From NCBI RefSeq assembly GCF_963676685.1, contig NC_092351.1, positions 83,948,001 through 84,012,000 of the forward strand: 64,000 nt of DNA, in the 5' to 3' direction. This stretch comes from Mytilus edulis. Taxonomy: Eukaryota. Positions 1 through 11,129 of the stretch are shown one piece after another. Numbering within the stretch: the first letter of the stretch is position 1; each line of letters starts with the position of its first letter. The notes under the pieces are model-generated. The model worked only from the letters and a program-made list of their open reading frames with translations, was not told the DNA's origin and searched no databases. A program made the translations under genes and the position numbers.

Positions 1-89
1 GAGAAGAAACTGGGATAAGTAGATTTTGGGAGGTTCTTTATAATGGAGTCGATCAAGTATAATGTTGGCAACTTCTTGGTCGCGTCAAC
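1..89 (-). CDS. PCF11: PCF11 coding exon 2 (CID domain), truncated by window edge
   Basis: Minus strand reads tttcattttctcgctacag|GTT GAC GCG..., translating to VDATKKLPTLYLIDSIIKNLPKSTYPSFF. This matches the PCF11 CID motif (human EKLPVMYLMDSIVKNV). Phase 0, compatible with exon 1. Confidence 0.93.
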
Positions 90-2877
90 CTGTAGCGAGA
101 AAATGAAATATGATTCTCTGTCGAAAGTTGTAAGTGATCTGAAAATAGAAAGCAGAAGAGCAGGCTGTTCCAAATAAAATGTGTGAATATTAGTTTTAAT
201 GCAACATTGCTGAAGTCAGAATTAAAGTGCATAATGTTGCACTTAATTTCTTATTTTTTTTTACTCGGAGAACAAAATTTTAAAAAACCCAGATCTTAAA
301 TACTCTAATTTAATTTTCTGACCATTTTGTTGCATTAAAACATACAGATGCAAAATAATTGTACAATTGCTAGTGTCAATGGAACTTGAATACACAAAAA
401 ATATTTCAATACAATTTGTGAATATCAAATCATAGATTGACACAGCAAATATTTAATTACATTGCTACACTTCTCAAATTGAAATCTTACAGCACATTTT
501 ATGGATCAGCCCATATTGAGTTTCATGTCTTAATGAAAACATACATGACATATATATTATTGAAATAATATCAAATGCACAAATCAATAAATGCGTGAAT
601 AAAAAGTAAAGTGCAAAACACATCCTGAAATTAAAATGTAAATTTAAAGCAATTCAAATCAAATCAAATATGTAAACGAAAATTAACAACAAAGCGTATT
701 AGGTGTGTTTTTCATACATACGCGTCTAAATAAGTTGTTGATTTTATGAATTTAATTTTCTTGAGAATTGAATGCATAGATGTTTCAGGTTGACGTACTA
801 TCATACTTTTTTGCGAACATATCATTGGCTACACGTCCAGTAACGAAGTGTGTAAATTATTTTGATGCTCTGTAAAATTCTAATTCATTCATTTTTTCCT
901 GATGTACATATAATCATGTCACACGGTTAGCAGGCTCAACATTTGTTTTTCTTACAAATTATGACTTGGATCGATGGAGAGTTGTCTCATTGGCACTCAA
1001 ACCTTATCTTCTTTTATCTATATGATGATATTATCGCACGAGATGATTTTATCATGTCAAGAACTGTATGTGTAATTTGTATCCAATGTACAAATGGCAA
1101 AGAGTTTTCAAAAAGATATTGTTAACATACTAGTATAATATATAATATTTAAATATTCTTTATGAACAATATATGAATATATGAATTTTCTTTAGCATAA
1201 TCCAGTTTAACTAAGTTGTGAAGTCTTCTACACAAATACTTGTTGATAACAGATCAAGACCCACTGACCATTGAATATATAAGATCAATTCATTATGATT
1301 TAAGACTTGCCAAAAAAATAAGCTTCAAAATGAAACAAAAAGTATGCCAAATAATGCCTTGCTCCAAATAAGGAACTAGAAATGTACAGAGCTAAGCCAC
1401 TAAAATATGAAACACATCAACATGTGCCAATGTGGGAGACATAACAAACATTCTTTACTGACAACAATCAACAACACAAATGGTCAAATGTGATCTCCAT
1501 TATCTGCAGGCTTAAAGTCGATTTTGATACTACTGATATTAAAATAATCATATCTATGATGTATTATATATAATTACGTGCTTGGCAATGAGCTACAACA
1601 AACAAAACGGATATGCATATGTACGAACAACATACATTCAAATTGGACAGTAAGGCCCTGACTTCTTTTAATTTTAAATCCTGTTGAAAATGTCATGGTC
1701 ATCGCGTATTTTGTAATCCAAGAAAGTTGCTGGACAAAGCTGGAATCTGCAGGAATACATGACGACCTAACTTGACATATTATTCATCCACTCTTAAATG
1801 CAGAGTTATTGGCAGACAAGAAAAACATTTCAATCTTAGGTTTGACCAAAATTGGCCATTGAAACAAACCGTCCAATAGTGAAGACCAGGAAATAAAAAA
1901 ATCACATAATTTTCTCATTGATTCAACAGCAAATTTGTGACACAAGATTGATTTCACAACCTGTAGGTGTTTTTAAAACAATTTCAACACTCTTCCCAAT
2001 TTCATGGCTACTAGTAAATTATTAGTGGAGAGAGAGCTTGAGTTATTGTTAAAAAAAACATTTAGGTCCGTGTGTGAAAAGCAGTTGATGATTACTTGAT
2101 CCGACACTTTAAAATATATATATGCATCCACCGCATGAATGAAAAATATCAAAAACAACATCTCTTCTGAGCAAGAGTCTGCATCCAAAGGTTATCTTTC
2201 ATCTCTTTCAAAATTTGATCGCTGATGAATTTTTCTTATCCTTAAATGCGTCTGTTCAAAGCCAGAACAAGCTCAGGAGTCTTTCTGTCTTTTATTTTCC
2301 CCATTGCTGTTATATTTTTTCTTACAGTTGGTTTTTGGTAGTGAAGCAATCTGCCATGTTTTCTTGAAACCCCTTCCCATTTTTGTAAAAAAAAAAATGG
2401 CAGTGTCTTTTTTCCTTTGTATTTTATAACCTGCTGCAGTCCAGTGTATCCCTTTGCCCTAACAAGATCGAAAGTCTTGAAACCAGTATAAATCTTCCAA
2501 GAACAAAGCAGTACAATGGTTTCTTGAAGTCTTTCGGTTTCCATACATAAAAGTCGTTTAGAAGTATTGTTGAACAGAAACAATTTATAGAACAGTGTCG
2601 TTATTTATTGTTTATGTATATCCCAATGGCGCCTGCAGTTTACATGGTTTCGTGAATATACATGTAGCATGACAGCATATATAGATACTTTAATCTTAAT
2701 ATTTGTTTGTTTTTGATGTTGTTATGTTGCTCAGACTTATCCATTTACATGTGCTGTCTTCTCAATGATTATAATGATCATACAGTTTGTAATCTTTACA
2801 CATTTCACCATTTAAGGTTACAAATATACCCATGTATGGTGTAGTACTGTTATGTTATTGTCCATGATAATAATGAT

Positions 2878-3193
2878 GTACTTAGGTGAGGTTAGGAAAA
2901 AATTAAGAAATTAAGAAATTAAAATTGATACTATAAGCTGGTAGATCATCAATTAAGGATAAACATTAAAATTATATTTGCAGGTATTATTTGGTCTCAA
3001 AACAAAAGAAAGAAAATCAAGAATCTTCTAACATTTTGGTAAATGACCTTTCATGAGCTATTAAGTGTTATAAATATGAAAATATAAATGGGTGTTATGG
3101 GCCAAAATATTTTACATTGTATTGTATGGAAAAACACCAAGGAGTCCAAACATTTCATGATTTGACACAAATTCCAAAACCTCACCGAAGTAC
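2878..3193. mobile_element. small MITE-like element
   Basis: 16-bp inverted termini gtacttaggtgaggtt / aacctcaccgaagtac with 1 mismatch. Confidence 0.5.
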
Positions 3194-4656
3194 GTCCATA
3201 AATAATAATTGCTTTGTTGTTTACTTTGTTATCCTCTGGTCTCTAGTGTCTCATTGGCAATCATACTATATATTATGAGAATTTGTTTTAGCACAATTCA
3301 TATGTTAATTTTTCCATGTTTATTGGTATTCTCAACAAATAAGTTGAAGTGTTACAGCAATTTCATGAAATGCATCCAATATTGCCTTAAAGCTTACTGA
3401 TAGTGAAAAAAATCAAGAAATTTCAAAACCGTAAAGCTCAATGTGTAGTGCTCAAATCCTATTTCGCAGCGTTTTCGAACTTCAAAGAAATGTCTATCAA
3501 GATATGAATCATGGCTTCCAAAACAGTCATATTCCAGACATTTATAAATGTATTACAAATGTTTACAAGTGCATGTATATTCTTTATAACGAGATGAATG
3601 ATCACCAATCAATACGCGTTTATTTTTGGTTTAATGACATGTTAAAGCTGACTATAGCGGTTATAATAAATATCAGACTCCAAGTCATCACAAATTTATT
3701 ATGGTTGCCTTTTCTTTATTCACTGCTTCAACATTTACGAATTAAGAAACGCATATAGAATCAACCGCATATATTTTACATGAGTATAGCTTATATACAG
3801 TTGGCCTATTGCTTAGCCTAGTGGTTTCTTTATGACTGACTGAACAGGAAAATAAACCAATGAACTTAAATTTAAGGTCGTCAGATGAATTTTGCCAGAC
3901 AGACATTGCACCTTACAATCATTTCATGCACCAAATATAGTTAACCTTTTACTAATACTATAGTACAAAAATGTACTACAGATACAAATATGTCTTCCAA
4001 AAGAACCAAACTAAGGATACAAAACGAGTACAGGTACACTAAACAATTATTCTGTACACCAAATATAGTTTATTTGTGTTTTCCCGAGGCTACTGGTATT
4101 CAGTGCTTTCATACTTCAGCGTTGTGCTATTAGGCAGACAGACAGCAGGGCTATTGCAAACTTCACCAATTACATATTGCATTTGAAAGATTCAAAAGGT
4201 CTCTCACAATTCAAGCCAATTAGAGTACCCCAAATGTATATGGAACCATTCACAAGGTTGCCTGACACTGGGCAAAGGTCAGTATAAATGTCCTGTTAGT
4301 TAGATTCTGGTCCAGTTAAGAGCGGTTAACTGTACCAAATCCAGTTGAATTTTCAAAGCCTTTGGAACTACATGTAGTGCTGCGAGACTTTTACTAACAT
4401 TGAACCCATAAACAATATAACAACTCAATAACTAAATAGTCAGGTGATACAGTCAAGACAGTTTAATACACAAACAAACATTTATGGAAACAAAAACAAT
4501 ATGACACATGTGCAAATTGCAATGAGTAATTCAAAGTGCTTTATACCAGGACTTGTCAAAAGAATTTTTGAACCTAAGCAATGTTTTTTCTATCACCTTA
4601 TTTACCGGTAGTTATCAACTTTTCATTTCATATTCTAAATTTAAATATGACTAAAT

Positions 4657-4845
4657 AAGAAGTGGTATGGTTGCCAATGTGAATGTGACAACTGTCTACC
4701 AGAGACCTAAGGATGAGGACATAAACAACTATATGGGTTAAACCTGTTGCTCATTGTTGAAGGTCATAAAGACCTCAAGGCGAAGTTGGTTACATTCACA
4801 TCATTTGGACTCTGGTTAGTAGTTGTCTCACTGGCAATCATACAT
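4657..4845. repeat. inverted pair of Penelope-like 3'-end repeat fragments (family A)
   Basis: 4657-4735 is the minus-orientation copy (gtggtatggttgccaat...gacaact) and 4750-4845 the plus-orientation copy (gttgtctcactggcaatcatac) of the repeat best seen at 11686-11945. Confidence 0.55.
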
Positions 4846-4922
4846 GAACATATATGAAATATTTGGTCATGTGACAGTCGTTTACGTATGCCAGGGAAAC
4901 TTAGTTACTGAAGTGTAAATGT

Positions 4923-5023
4923 AGCAAGAGCTTACATGAAAGATGGTAAACTATGCCAGAGTAGGACGATGTCAGAGGAAATCTGTTGGAGGTACGTAGC
5001 GATTCCGATGTGCAAATCTTTCG
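4923..5023 (+). pseudogene. degenerate 28S (LSU) rRNA fragment
   Basis: gaaagatggtaaactatgccagagtaggacgatgtcagaggaaatctgttggaggtacgtagcgattccgatgtgcaaatc aligns with the conserved eukaryotic LSU core GAAAGATGGTGAACTATGCCTG...CAGAGGAAACTCTGGTGGAGGTCCGTAGCG...TGACGTGCAAATCG, with scattered substitutions. No other rDNA nearby. Confidence 0.85.
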
Positions 5024-6018
5024 GTGTAGTCACAGTCAATGTTTTCAGAACGTCTTATTTGAAACAAACACAACCACAATTTCTGTGTAAATGATGTGTA
5101 TAATATTTATCTTCAAAAAAGGAAATCTTTGAGAACCAAAGTAAAAAAAAAGGCTGTATCAGGATTTTTATCTTCATCGATTGATTGCATCATGAAGTAT
5201 TCTGAACTGTGCTTTTGTATAATATTATGTTCATGGTTGCATTTCATCAATAAAATAAAAGATTGATCACAATGTAACAGGAAGACCATCGCTATTTGTT
5301 TATCGTGGATGGAGATGATTTTGAAAATGGTAAAACATAGGTTTTTCTAGATCATATTAGACATAGCATTTCAAAGACTTGCTTGAAAAAGGTATAGTAC
5401 CAACTATTTCTATCTTATTTTGGTGGGAAAGTATAGAACTGTCATTACTGTTGGGTAACTGAAAATATACATGTACATGTACATATTTTTTTTACGTCTA
5501 ACAATAGACATCATTTTTTAAGAATAATCTTCGTCAGTATTATGGAATGTTTCATTAGCACTCATACCACATCTTCTTACACAAATATTATATGCTGAGT
5601 ATAGTTTTAATGTGATTGTTTCCATGGTGCTTTTATCTCATTTCAAGCCAACTAGACTTTGCTTTGACTCATTAACCCTTGGAATTGTTTTAGTTCATAC
5701 ATGTAAAAATAGCATTTTATGTCAAAATAAACAGCTGCCCCATGAACGCATAATACGCCCATCACATTTTGAAAGCATAAAATTCAATAACTTCTCATTG
5801 TCATATCAGAAATTAATGGGAAAAAGGTATACCAACCCCCAGTAAACTGGGACTCATCGCCAGCTGTCTGACGCTTGAATCCTGGTAAAAAGGGATTTTT
5901 CTTGAAAGTTGTTAGTGGAGAAGCAGCAAATACCAATTATAAAGATGTGGTTTGACCTAACCCTGGTTCTAATCAATGACCAAGCAGTAAAGGCTAACAG
6001 TCTATCTGTCTATTGACA

Positions 6019-7181
6019 TAAGGTCAAAAAAAATATATATATGTGGTTCCAGTTACACAGTCAGGGGTGGTACTTAAACAAGTGATTTCAAAATCACTTC
6101 TTTGAGTGATTTTGGCTGTGAAATATTTAAAATTTTCGCACAGACTTTTCAAAATCACTGAAACAAGTAATTTAAGAAGTTAAAATTTAATCACTTCAAT
6201 AAGTGTTTATATCATTTTTTGGATATTTTTCCACAAGCTTGATTTTTTCTTGGTAAAAAGACCAGAATTCCATTGAAAAAACAACTATGTACATACAGAA
6301 ATTGTCATTTGCTTGATAAGCCTGCCAGTTTTTACAGTTTATTTGATTATGCAAAAACTGGAATAATTTGTTGATCAGGACATAACCAATAAATCATTCT
6401 AATTCTAAAGAAAACCAATCAGGTCACCTTATATTGTTGACCTTTGTCTGGTAGTAGGAGTAGTTAATGAATATTTGATTACAGAAAAATTCCCAAGGGT
6501 ACTTTTAAAAGCTTTAGCGCACTAACTTACTGCCCAAGCGCACTGGTGAAATTGATATACAAAGATAAAGGGATAATTGATTTATGTAGGAAAATTATAG
6601 AAAAGTTTGTGAAAATATGGAAAATCAATGAAATTAGCATTTGAAGATCAAAGAAAACACCAAAATCACTTAAATAGGTGATAACTGAATATAAAAAAAT
6701 CACTGAAATAGGTGATAATGAAATCACTTGTTTAAGTAGCAGCCCTGACTGGTTACATCCTTATCAAAATAGGATCGAGAGCTAGGTCGACAATTTTTTT
6801 TTTCTAAATTTTTAATTTGGGTTGTCAAAATCAGGGAATAAAATCTGACTGAAATTGATTCCAGCAATACTGTTTTATACACGCCCCTACTGGAAGTTCA
6901 ACGTTTTACAGGAGTTGAGTTGTAAAATAAACATTCATGATAAGTTTTTAGTTACTTTCATTGCATTCTGTTATGAATTGTTGCATTTTAGCCATAACAG
7001 ATACTTCTGATGGCCAATCAAATTCAGATGACAGAAATCTACATATCTAATTATTGAAATACACATGTACAATCCTCAAAATTTGAGAGAAATGAAAACA
7101 AATTGTTCTTGTAGAGTCAGGGTTTAAACTAAGGTGGGTCGGGTAACTGGAACCAAACATATATAATTTTCTTTTGCCGTA
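6019..7181. mobile_element. MITE (aggYcaaa...tgtggttccagttac TIR family) carrying a nested insertion
   Basis: Ends taaggtcaaaa...tgtggttccagttac and gtaactggaaccaaaca...ttttgccgta. An uninterrupted relative lies at 52762-52984. Confidence 0.6.
6058..6751. mobile_element. non-autonomous DNA transposon, 33-bp TIR, 6-bp TSD
   Basis: TIR cagtcaggggtggtacttaaacaagtgatttca / tgaaatcacttgtttaagtagcagccctgactg (2 mismatches). TSD gttaca at 6052-6057 and 6752-6757. Subterminal aaatcact repeats. Confidence 0.85.
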
Positions 7182-7518
7182 TTTATGGTATAAATATTCT
7201 TTTTTTGACAAAATGTCTTAAAAATATGTTCAACAGACTTTTTCCCTCAGAATCTATGTTGCAGAAAGTATTGTTGAACCATACAAAACTTTTCATATGG
7301 ACTTCAATTATCTGCATAGAGCATTTAAGGTTGTTCAGAATTTAAATGGTATATATTTGTGTGAGGGCACTAATAAAAAAAACAAAATTAAAAGTCAACA
7401 AACATTTAATGTACACATATGCTATAAAGTATCTTCCAATCCTGAAATACAAACTTCAATTTTAAATTTTATTACATTTCAATGGCTATGAAGAACTGAA
7501 TCCACTTAAAAACACCTT

Positions 7519-7732
7519 TGGCCAAGAAAAAAAGTTTGTGTGTTTACTCTACCCCTACCTACCCTAATTTTTATCCCCTACCCTATTTTTTTTTGCCAAT
7601 TTTGATTAAGCACTGTTAAAGTTATAATGTTGCTTCAAAGACCAACAGACTCAATGTAAAAAAAATCCTGCCTTACCCTTTTTTTCTGCATGTGACAGTA
7701 AACACACATACATACTTTTTTGTTTGGCCGTA
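7519..7732. mobile_element. MITE with ggcca...tggcc ends
   Basis: Imperfect TIR ggccaagaaaaaaagtttgtgtgtttact / agtaaacacatacatacttttttgtttggcc with internal cctac repeats. A similar element lies at 55628-55877. Confidence 0.5.
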
Positions 7733-8162
7733 TGTTAAGTTTCAAAATAAACTAAAATGGGGTAAAGATTTTTTTTTTTAATTTATAGAATATTTCTTTG
7801 AAGCAATGAAATTTGCTTTAGGCTTGGCAAAATTTAGAAATAAATTTATTAGTACTTTTGATGAACGGGAGCATGACACTACATTGAAACTTCCAAAATG
7901 ATCAGATCATATCAAAATTAGCTCAGGCATGGCACTGTATACAACATAACCTCACTTATAACGACATGGGATTTTGGATACATCACTTTTGTGTTAAAAT
8001 AAATATGGTTTTATTTGTAATGCTGTCAGTGTTGTGCATATGCCATAGTTTAATAATTTTCTGCAAGTGTAGTCTTTGTTTATGATAAAAATACATTCTG
8101 GGTAATCAATTGAGTAGATTGGTGTTATATGGACGAGTTAAATGATGTAAAGGACATTGGAT

Positions 8163-9737
8163 CAGGGATGGGGTCGATTACTTTAAAATGTAATCGATTA
8201 AATTACAATTACTTTGCTAATAAAGTGTAATCGATTACATTACAATTACACCCTATTTTATATGTAATCAATTACATTAGATTACTTTTCTTCAAAGTAA
8301 TCATGATTACTTTAGATTACTTCTGATTACATTGTATATTGCAATATCAAAGGTTTTTTTATAACTTTTTATCCTCACAAAAAGCTAATTTTGGTGATTT
8401 TTTTAAAAGCCTTAATTTATTCATCTTATTCAAAAGAATTTATATACAACATGTGTAATTTGATAAAATAGCTATAGACAAGTGTCCTTTCTCTATGTAA
8501 AAGATATAACTTTATTTTTTTCTACCAAATTTTAACTAACTGCCTAATTACCAAAAAACCTGAACAAATAAGGAAAAATTAATTAAGTATAGTTTTATTG
8601 TCTGTTGGGACATAATTGACACATCCATTAATGTTTTTACAGGTGTTAATCACTACTTCCATTTTTTTAAGCAAACAATAGGAGAGCTTGGGTATTAAAA
8701 TTTTATTGTCTTAATAACAATATATCAATAAAGTTAAAAGTGGTTGATTGTCATTATTTGTTTGAAAATTTGTAATACTTGATCTAATTAATAATTAATA
8801 GATTTATTGCCAGGTGAAAACACAAAACAACTTTGTAACTTAGGAAAGTATATACATTTCTCTTTAAATTAAGAAACAGTTTATAATGTAATAAAAGATA
8901 TTTTGTATTGATAAAAATTCTGACATCACCTATTGTTTACTATGCACATTGTTTGTAATATTATGTGATATGTATACACTGTACTGTACTTGTTTATACT
9001 GATGAGTCTTAAGGCTCAAAGTTAATAAAGAATAAAAATTAGAGAGCACATATTATATACGAATTTATGGAATTTTTTTTTTATTAAATTTGTCAATAAA
9101 TGAAATCTGGTTTTAACTTCCATTTTGAATTAAGTGGGCTCATATATTTATGTCGACCATCAATCTCAAATTAGAACTAAATGTTTTCTGCATTTGAATT
9201 TTTAAGTAGTTATGTAAAAATATTGGGTAAACTTATATGAAATTGGAGTTAATCAGAAGTTTTCAATCAAGGGGGAAAAATGCAATCAAGGCATATTCTT
9301 GTATCATAAGAGCTCAATCTCTCAACAAAATATTGGAGAGGCAATTTTCTTCAGTAAACTGTAAACAAAATAAAACACTTGGTTATACAAATTTGTTATA
9401 TAGATGATACAATTTATCACATTAAACAAGGTCCAATCATTGTGAATACTAGTTTCATGATTTTCATTCAAGCTTTACATTTTCTTATTTTCATCTTGTC
9501 TATCAATAACTATTTTCATATATATACAAGATTTGTAATCAGCAAGTAATCATATGAATGTAATCATAAAGTAATCTAAAAGTAATCATGATTACACCTG
9601 TTTTTTGCAATGTAATCGATTACATTACGATTACTTGTAATCAGAAATGGCATGATTACTGATTACATAGGATTACACTGCAAAATGTAATCGATTACAG
9701 CTGATTACGATTACTGATTACGATTACCCCATGCCTG
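8163..9737. mobile_element. non-autonomous hAT-type DNA transposon
   Basis: Ends cagggatgggg / ccccatgcctg. Exact 8-bp TSD cattggat at 8155-8162 and 9738-9745. Many GATTAC/GTAATC subterminal repeats at both ends. Confidence 0.9.
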
Positions 9738-9806
9738 CATTGGATACAATGTATATCTGTTTGGGTATGTGTATAACTTTGAAACTTCATAAAGGACAAG
9801 CTATAA

Positions 9807-10269
9807 GGTTACAAGAGCGCAATTATTTGTTTACATTTTGCCGGCAAGTTTTTAACCCCAACATGGTACTCAAAATAGAATCCTACGGCTTCTGATTGGT
9901 TGATACAGGATTGGAATTACATTTAATCAAAAGCTTATCAAATTAGGTTTAAAAATTGCCGAAAATCATATTCACATTTTACAAAGTATAGAAAATATCT
10001 TCAATTTCTGCATGTCGGAGCCATTAAAAATATGCCTTTTTAATTAAGCGAAAAAAATAGACGATCTTTTTCAACTGCATTTTAAGTCAATTTGAGCCGC
10101 ATGACCCTATATATTTTTGTGGTTGTAAAATTAATGCAACACTGGCATTTCTAGAAACAGGAACTGCTACCCGTTTTTACCTAGTTTGTGTAGCCTTCGA
10201 GAAAAAAAATACAGAATACTAGTGGTACCCTATGGAAAATGCAGTTCAAATAAATCCGCTCTTGTAACC
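9807..10269. mobile_element. MITE with GG..CC ends and 4-bp TSD (Kolobok-like)
   Basis: 13-bp perfect TIR ggttacaagagcg / cgctcttgtaacc. The 4-mer ataa flanks both sides (9803-9806, 10270-10273). Confidence 0.7.
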
Positions 10270-10426
10270 ATAAAGCCCATATCCTGAAACTTTCTCTGGG
10301 CAGGTCAAGGTCATAGAGACCATATGGGCAATGATCTCATTTCACATATAACAATGCAGTTATTTTGTTATAATTTATGATAAAATGAATTGTAAACAAA
10401 AAATAATGAAATGAAAAAACTTAAAC

Positions 10427-10576
10427 CTCTTGTAAATGAGTCTCTATAACTTGAACTATCTTGGCAGCGTGTATTTCGTTGTCTTCCGCCAACATGGTCA
10501 ACATATTTATCAACGGTTTACTATTTTGCGTGAGATCCGCAAGGGAATTTCTGTATTCTTCGGTAACGTCCTCCAT
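10427..10576 (-). CDS. PCF11: PCF11 coding exon 1 (pre-mRNA cleavage complex II protein Pcf11, CID N-terminus)
   Basis: ATG at 10576; 150 nt translate to MEDVTEEYRNSLADLTQNSKPLINMLTMLAEDNEIHAAKIVQVIETHLQE (human DYQSSLEDLTFNSKPHINMLTILAEEN). Ends GAG|gtttaa in phase 0. Not in the ORF track because it is under 60 aa. Confidence 0.93.
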
Positions 10577-10659
10577 TGTGTTCTCTGGAAATGTACAAAT
10601 AAATGTCTGTCACAATAAATGTTCTAACATATTCTTCATTTTAACTTCTTCATGTTCGT

Positions 10660-10790
10660 GTATGTGTCTGTTTTACAAATGGCGATGATCAGGTGACTAC
10701 AACGTAATCGATTTGTTAAACTGATTTTCATTGGATAAAAGGAGGAAGTTCTAAAAGCTAATTGAGTCACGTGTTACATTTATTTACGCT
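10660..10790. promoter_or_regulatory. putative PCF11 proximal promoter
   Basis: About 100-200 bp upstream of the PCF11 ATG: YY1-like aaatggcg, reverse CCAAT (attgg), ETS-like ggaagt, tgagtca and E-box cacgtg. Motif matches only. Confidence 0.4.
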
Positions 10791-11129
10791 ACAATTTTTC
10801 AATAAATATTTTTTTAGTAAAAAGGAAATTTATACGGAAATTTCTACTAATAGATTCATTTTATAATTTGTGTTTCAAGTAGATTCAGTTTTTTATGTCT
10901 CTATAACATTAAATGACCAAATACCACAATAACATTATAAAATTATTAAACTACAACGGCTGATTCAAGTTATCATGAACATATTTTTTTTGTAAAACAA
11001 TTATAAGATCACGAATGTCACTTCAGAGATCATAGCCACAGTACTTAGTTTTTACCAAGCTGTCTTTTAAATCAAGAATATGCATAAAATATTTTCCTGC
11101 TTTCTCTGACTAACCATTGCTAAGGACAA

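Noticed and set aside
10436-10688. Plus-strand ORFs of 60 and 75 aa
   Set aside because: They are antisense shadows of PCF11 exon 1.
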